Shown here: one piece after another, positions 60,901 to 64,000 of the stretch
How positions within the stretch are numbered: the stretch's first letter is position 1
How the letters are laid out: each line of letters starts with the position of its first letter
Source: Octopus vulgaris
Taxonomy: Eukaryota
Reading direction: 5' to 3'
Assembly (NCBI GenBank): GCA_951406725.2
Contig: OX597821.1
Span: 99,324,001 to 99,388,000, forward strand
DNA length: 64,000 nucleotides
Program-made: the position numbers and the translations under genes
Notes under the pieces: model-generated
Told to the model about the DNA's origin: nothing
The model's database searches: none
What the model saw: the letters and a program-made list of their open reading frames with translations, nothing else

Positions 60901-63091
60901 ATCCACTCACAAGGATTTGGTCGGCCTGGGGCTATGGTAGAAGATACTTACTTGCACAAACTACCTTACAATGGGACTGAACTCCAAACCATTCGGTTGA
61001 GAAGTAAACTTCTAAACCATGCAGCCATAAATATGATAAAAAAGCTTAAATATACAAAACAAAAAGTTGGTGATAAGCTGATGCCAAAAGACTGCACAAC
61101 CTGTACAATTTTTGATTCTAAATGATGATATTAAAGTTGAATTCCATTTAACTCTATTATTATATATTTCTTTATTGCCCATAAGGGGCTAAACATAGAG
61201 GGGACAAGCAAAGACAGACAAAGAGATTAAGTCGATTACTTCGACCCCAGTGCGTTACTGGTACTTAATTTATCGACCCCGAAAGGATGAAAGGCAAAGT
61301 TGACCTCGGCGGAATTTGAACTCAGAACGTAATGGCAGACGAAATATGACTACGCATTTCGCCCGGTGTGCTAATGATTCTGCCAGCTCGCCACCTTTTA
61401 TTATTAGCAAACAGCCACAAGCTGTGGATTATTTGAGTGATAACTTATAAGTAATGAGTTAAGACTTGAACCAGAAGATGTTGGTTCAGTTGTCATTTGA
61501 CATTTGATGGTGAATTTCTTATTTTTCTGTACACAACCAAGTTTAATATCTAGAAAAATATATAGTTACAGGTGTGGCTGATTGGTTTAGAAGCTTGCTT
61601 CCTAACCATGTGGTCTTGGTTTCAGACCCACTGTAGCTCTGAACTGACCAAAACTTGCGAGTACATTTACTAGGTAGAAACTGAAAAAAGCCTGTTGTGT
61701 AATATATATGTGTGTGTATGTATGCATATATGCATGCATGTGTGTATGTGTGTGTGGTTGTAAATGATCATCATATAAGTGAGGTTGTTTGTTTCTAGTC
61801 TTCTGTGGAATAGTATTCCACATAGAGGGGACAAGCAAATATTCATGGGATAGTATTTATTACCTTGCTTGGAAATGGGTGAGGGTTGGCAACAGGAAGG
61901 GTATCCATCCATAAAAAATCTATTCAATAAAATCCATTTGGCCCATACAAGCATGAAAAAGTAGATGAAAATAAAATGATGATAAAACATTTAGAGTCCA
62001 GCAATTAACGCCATACCATCCAAACATGGTCGATGTCAGTGCACCCTGACTAGCTCTCATGCCAGTGGCACGTAAACAGCATCTACTACACTCTCGGAGT
62101 GGTTGGCATTAGGAAAGGCATCCAGCTGTAGAAACCTTGCCAGATCAGATTGGAGCCCGGTGCAGCCTACTGGCTCACCAGTCCTCAGTCAAACCATCCA
62201 ACCCATGCCAGCATGGAAAGCGGACATTAAATGGTGATGATGAAAGTAGCTGCTTTCACATCACAATCATCCGTAAATCATCACCATCATTCAATGTCCA
62301 CCCTCCATGGGTTGGATGGTTTGAAAGGAGCTCACTTGGCAGAAGACTGCACTATGCTTTGCTGTTTGTTTTGGCATGGTTTTTACGGCTGGACGCCCTT
62401 CCTAGCACCAACCACTCCACTCCACTCCACAGTGGACTGAGTGCTTTTTACATGACATCAGCACAGGTGAGGTCAGTTTTGGTATGGCTTTTCTTTTTTT
62501 TACAAGTGGATGCCCTTCCAAACTCCAACCACTTTACAGTGTGGACTGGATGGTTTTTATGTGGAACTAGCGCTGGCAAGGTCACTAAGTAATTTACGGG
62601 CATTTGGTGTAGTGGTTAAGAGCACGGGCTACTAACCTCAAGATTCTGAGTTCGATTCCAAGCAGTGACCTGAAGAAGAAGAACAACAACAACATTGAAA
62701 AATACCTAAGGAATGAGAACCCAGGTTCGAAATGTCCCCAAGACACCTGATGAAGGCTGGAGAGTATATCAGGTGAAATGTTGTGTTAACAACAAACAAG
62801 ATGAGGACAAATATCTGTCGAATGTAAATAAGGTGTCTTGCTGTAGAAGAGTTAACCTATTTTTGTCTTTGTAATGCTTCATATTTTCTTTGATATAGAA
62901 ACTTTAAACAGTATGGTGTTTACTGATATCTTGTTGTGAATTATATCTTTTCTTAGTGTCAGATTTTTAAAAATACTTTCACTCAATACCTAAATTATTT
63001 ATTAAATTTTTCTTCTTTTTTTTTGTTTTAGCTGATTGTAGTTGCTGCAATGTTTAAACTATCTCCTCAGTATTTGTGTTCATACGATCAG
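36368..63091 (+). CDS. EIF2B2: Translation initiation factor eIF2B subunit beta, first 11 coding exons (283 codons; 3' part lies beyond the window)
   Basis: Exons 36368-36441, 38847-38933, 40406-40525, 41831-41876, 43105-43164, 45405-45454, 48205-48301, 55038-55097, 55320-55453, 58235-58295 and 63032-63091 are all GT-AG and in phase. Motifs [61 protein letters not shown] and MFKLSP match eIF2B beta. Confidence 0.96.
38028..38424 (+). mobile_element. Abundant tRNA-headed SINE family A (representative full copy)
   Basis: Head TGTGTGGTAAG...GGTTCAGTCCC, internal (TA)(TG) microsatellite, tail ...CAGCATGGCCACAGTCAAATG. Other copies lie at about 1-573(-), 1158-1595, 5410-5830, 7985-8330, 14529-14913(-), 23210-23545(-), 27935-28315, 34730-35090(-), 42110-42520, 51700-52030(-), 52640-53420, 54345-54830 and 60488-60868(-). 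Confidence 0.9.
38847..38933 (+). CDS. EIF2B2: EIF2B2 exon 2
   Basis: ttcag|(Q)[28 protein letters not shown]|gtaagt. Confidence 0.88.
39020..39224 (+). mobile_element. Short (TA)n-flanked PLE-like relic with a degenerate hammerhead at 39095-39146
   Basis: GTCT-TCGATGA-AGGAATAT...ATATCCT-G-GAAAC-AGCG-GTA-AGAC, lying between TA microsatellites. Confidence 0.5.
40406..40525 (+). CDS. EIF2B2: EIF2B2 exon 3
   Basis: (K)[39 protein letters not shown]|gtgaac. Confidence 0.96.
40749..41214. mobile_element. MITE (Tc1/mariner-pogo type)
   Basis: TA-CTGTAAATCCTCGAGTATAAT...ATTATACTCGAGGATTTATGG-TA, about 26 bp TIRs. Confidence 0.85.
41831..41876 (+). CDS. EIF2B2: EIF2B2 exon 4
   Basis: attag|(S)[15 protein letters not shown]|gtttgt. 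Confidence 0.85.
43105..43164 (+). CDS. EIF2B2: EIF2B2 exon 5
   Basis: cctag|[20 protein letters not shown]|gtaagt. Confidence 0.85.
43375..43592. mobile_element. Degenerate mariner-type MITE
   Basis: tattgggatgtcaaataaattt ... gaatttttctgacaacctaata, imperfect TIRs with TA ends. Confidence 0.55.
45405..45454 (+). CDS. EIF2B2: EIF2B2 exon 6
   Basis: tacag|[16 protein letters not shown]|gtaagt. Confidence 0.9.
46145..46260 (-). ncRNA. Mirror copy of the hammerhead-like motif, left arm
   Basis: Reverse complement of 47055-47170 (tctgacagctgttttggc...gcctcttcagaga), with the same G12->A change. Confidence 0.65.
47055..47170 (+). ncRNA. Minimal type I hammerhead ribozyme-like motif (G12->A), right arm
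   Basis: TCT-CTGAAGA(47061-67), long stem II (GGC.GTG.GGGCA...TGCCC.CAC.GCC), AAAA in place of GAAA, then C-AGCT-GTC^AGA. Stem III is the palindrome ACAGCTGT. Confidence 0.65.
48205..48301 (+). CDS. EIF2B2: EIF2B2 exon 7
   Basis: (C)[32 protein letters not shown]|gtgagt. Confidence 0.95.
48505..48735 (+). mobile_element. SINE family B (representative copy)
   Basis: GGCGGCGAGCTGGCAGAAACGTTAGC...GAGTTCAAATTCC (B box)...GCCCCTTGTGGGCAATAAAGAAATA. Other copies lie at about 113-320(-), 10612-10842, 16360-16580, 23548-23745(-), 28888-29304 (internally duplicated) and 61165-61396(-). Confidence 0.88.
48823..49273. mobile_element. Nested piggyBac-type MITEs (inner element 48984-49214)
   Basis: Outer TTAACCCTTTGGCATTC...AATGCTAAAGAGTTAA is interrupted at a TTAA by TTAACCCTTTCGTTAC...GTAATGAAAGGGTTAA. 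Confidence 0.8.
52995..53370 (-). mobile_element. 3' end of a second RTE family (SR2-like) with a (CAAGTA)n tail, inserted in a SINE
   Basis: Minus-strand [10 protein letters not shown]...[18 protein letters not shown]...[14 protein letters not shown], with tail CCACAAGTACAAGTAAGTA. Confidence 0.8.
55038..55097 (+). CDS. EIF2B2: EIF2B2 exon 8
   Basis: actag|[20 protein letters not shown]|gtaagt. Confidence 0.95.
55320..55453 (+). CDS. EIF2B2: EIF2B2 exon 9
   Basis: aacag|[44 protein letters not shown]|gttagt. Confidence 0.96.
55517..56041 (+). mobile_element. RTE fragment plus RTE 3' tail separated by (TA)n
   Basis: [28 protein letters not shown]... matches 58791 onward; the tail at 55740-56041 ends in (GAT)n. 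Confidence 0.8.
57355..57987. mobile_element. (TA)n-embedded element with inverted ends that include flanking microsatellite-like DNA
   Basis: The left end (ataaataaataaaatatatgcatatatacatacat...(TA)n gagtacag) is the reverse complement of the right end (ctgtactc(AT)n...atgtatgtatatatgcatatattttatttattt). Confidence 0.65.
58235..58295 (+). CDS. EIF2B2: EIF2B2 exon 10
   Basis: (G)[20 protein letters not shown]|gtgagt. Confidence 0.95.
58791..59842 (+). mobile_element. 5'-truncated RTE-clade LINE (RT C-terminus plus 3' UTR, (GAT)n tail)
   Basis: Intact frame [20 protein letters not shown]...[11 protein letters not shown]...GRGRPRKTW ending at 59250. The 3' UTR has an internal ~113 bp tandem duplication and ends in ggacgctaaacgatgatgat. 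Confidence 0.92.
62598..62831 (+). mobile_element. tRNA-derived SINE with a hammerhead-like 3' part (62742-62787)
   Basis: A box TGGTGTAGTGG, B box GAGTTCGATTCC, a (GAA/CAA)n linker, then GACAC-CTGATGA-AGGCTGG...TCAGGT-GAAA-TG-TT-GTGTT. Confidence 0.7.
63032..63091 (+). CDS. EIF2B2: EIF2B2 exon 11
   Basis: tttag|[20 protein letters not shown]|gtgtgt. Confidence 0.93.
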
Positions 63092-63131
63092 GTGTGTATT
63101 ATATGCTTCTTTGAATACTTTATTCATAGTA

Positions 63132-63697
63132 TTGGGTTGTCCGGAAAGTTCGTGCCAATTTTTAAAGGAAAGAAAAAGGTCAATAAATACTTGCCGTTAC
63201 ATTTTTAATCAACCAAATATGAACCATTTTGTATCACAATGCATCTCCATCTTTCCTTTTACTTGAAAATACCCACTTCCCAGAATTGAGGGGGTTTCAT
63301 TGCAAAGAATTCATCAAGGTATCTTTTTACGTCGTCCAAGGAATTGAAATTTTTACCGTTAAGACTATTCTGCGGAGACCTGAATAAGTGGGAATCCGAA
63401 GGAGCAATATCTGGTGAATATGGAGGGTGGGATAACACATCCCAGCCGAGCTGCAGCAATTTTTGTCTGGTTCCCAAAGCATCAAGTGCCGAAAATGAAC
63501 TTTCTTATTTTTCAATTTAAAGGGTTACAGAATTAACACCGGTTATAGGAACATAAATCGTCTTCCAGGAAAAGATAGCTTAAACTGTACTCTAAATGGA
63601 GGTGTAGTCAAATCATATTTTCTGGATTCAACCATGTTCTAAAATAAGTTGAAAGGTAAGCTACTATAAATTGGCATGAACTTTCCGGACAACCCAA
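63132..63697 (-). mobile_element. Internally deleted mariner (Tc1/mariner) DNA transposon
   Basis: ~30 bp TIRs (TTGGGTTGTCCGGAAAGTTCRTGCCAATTT) with TA on both sides. The transposase N-terminus MKNKKVHFRHLML is joined out of frame to the C-terminus LGWDVLSHPPYSPDIAPSDSHLFRS (YSPDLAPSD motif). Confidence 0.93.
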
Positions 63698-64000
63698 TAC
63701 ATACTTTTCCATATACAGTGTCATTTGAATAAGTGTTTGAAAATAATTGCTATGTAATCTCTGTCTGTCTGTCTTTCTGTATCTCATCTTTAAACAGTTG
63801 TCATTATCATCATTTAACGCCTGTTTTCCGTGCTGGCATGGATTGGACAGTTTGACAGGAGCTGATAAGCTGAAAGGTTGTTCAGGCGCTGTGTCTGTTT
63901 TGGCATGGTTTCTACAGCTGGATGCCTTTGCTACTGCCAGCTATGTTACAGAGTGTATTGGATGCTTTTACACAGCACCGTCATGGGTGCTTTTTATATG

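Noticed and set aside
62598-62670. Possible tRNA gene
   Set aside because: Acceptor and T stems pair poorly, there is no poly-T terminator, and it runs into a repeat body; it is a SINE head.
63259-63515. Functional transposase or SETMAR-like fusion with the nearby SET gene
   Set aside because: The mariner is internally deleted and frameshifted, lies about 28 kb upstream of the SETD9 start, and sits in an EIF2B2 intron.

Overview
AT-rich, repeat-dense eukaryotic DNA. The SINE/RTE repeat set with (TA)n/(CA)n/(GAT)n microsatellites suggests an Octopus-like coleoid cephalopod (inference). I reconstructed three spliced genes by hand, all with GT-AG introns and consistent phases. They are TXNDC12/ERp18 (+, 7 exons, 2477-19116, 159 aa), SETD9 (-, 6 exons, 35461-20144, 294 aa) and EIF2B2 (+, 11 exons from 36368, running past the window end). 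TXNDC12 and SETD9 are tail-to-tail with back-to-back poly(A) signals. SETD9 and EIF2B2 are head-to-head, about 0.9 kb apart. Introns are full of tRNA-derived SINEs, RTE and CR1 LINE 3' ends, TTAA-flanked MITEs and Tc1/mariner elements. The most unusual signal is a set of minimal type I hammerhead-ribozyme motifs of the Penelope/retrozyme kind. Two lie in the arms of a ~1.4 kb near-perfect palindrome inserted in (TA)n in EIF2B2 intron 6, one ends a tRNA-headed SINE, and others are degenerate. Nearly all ORFs in the supplied track are repeat or microsatellite artefacts.
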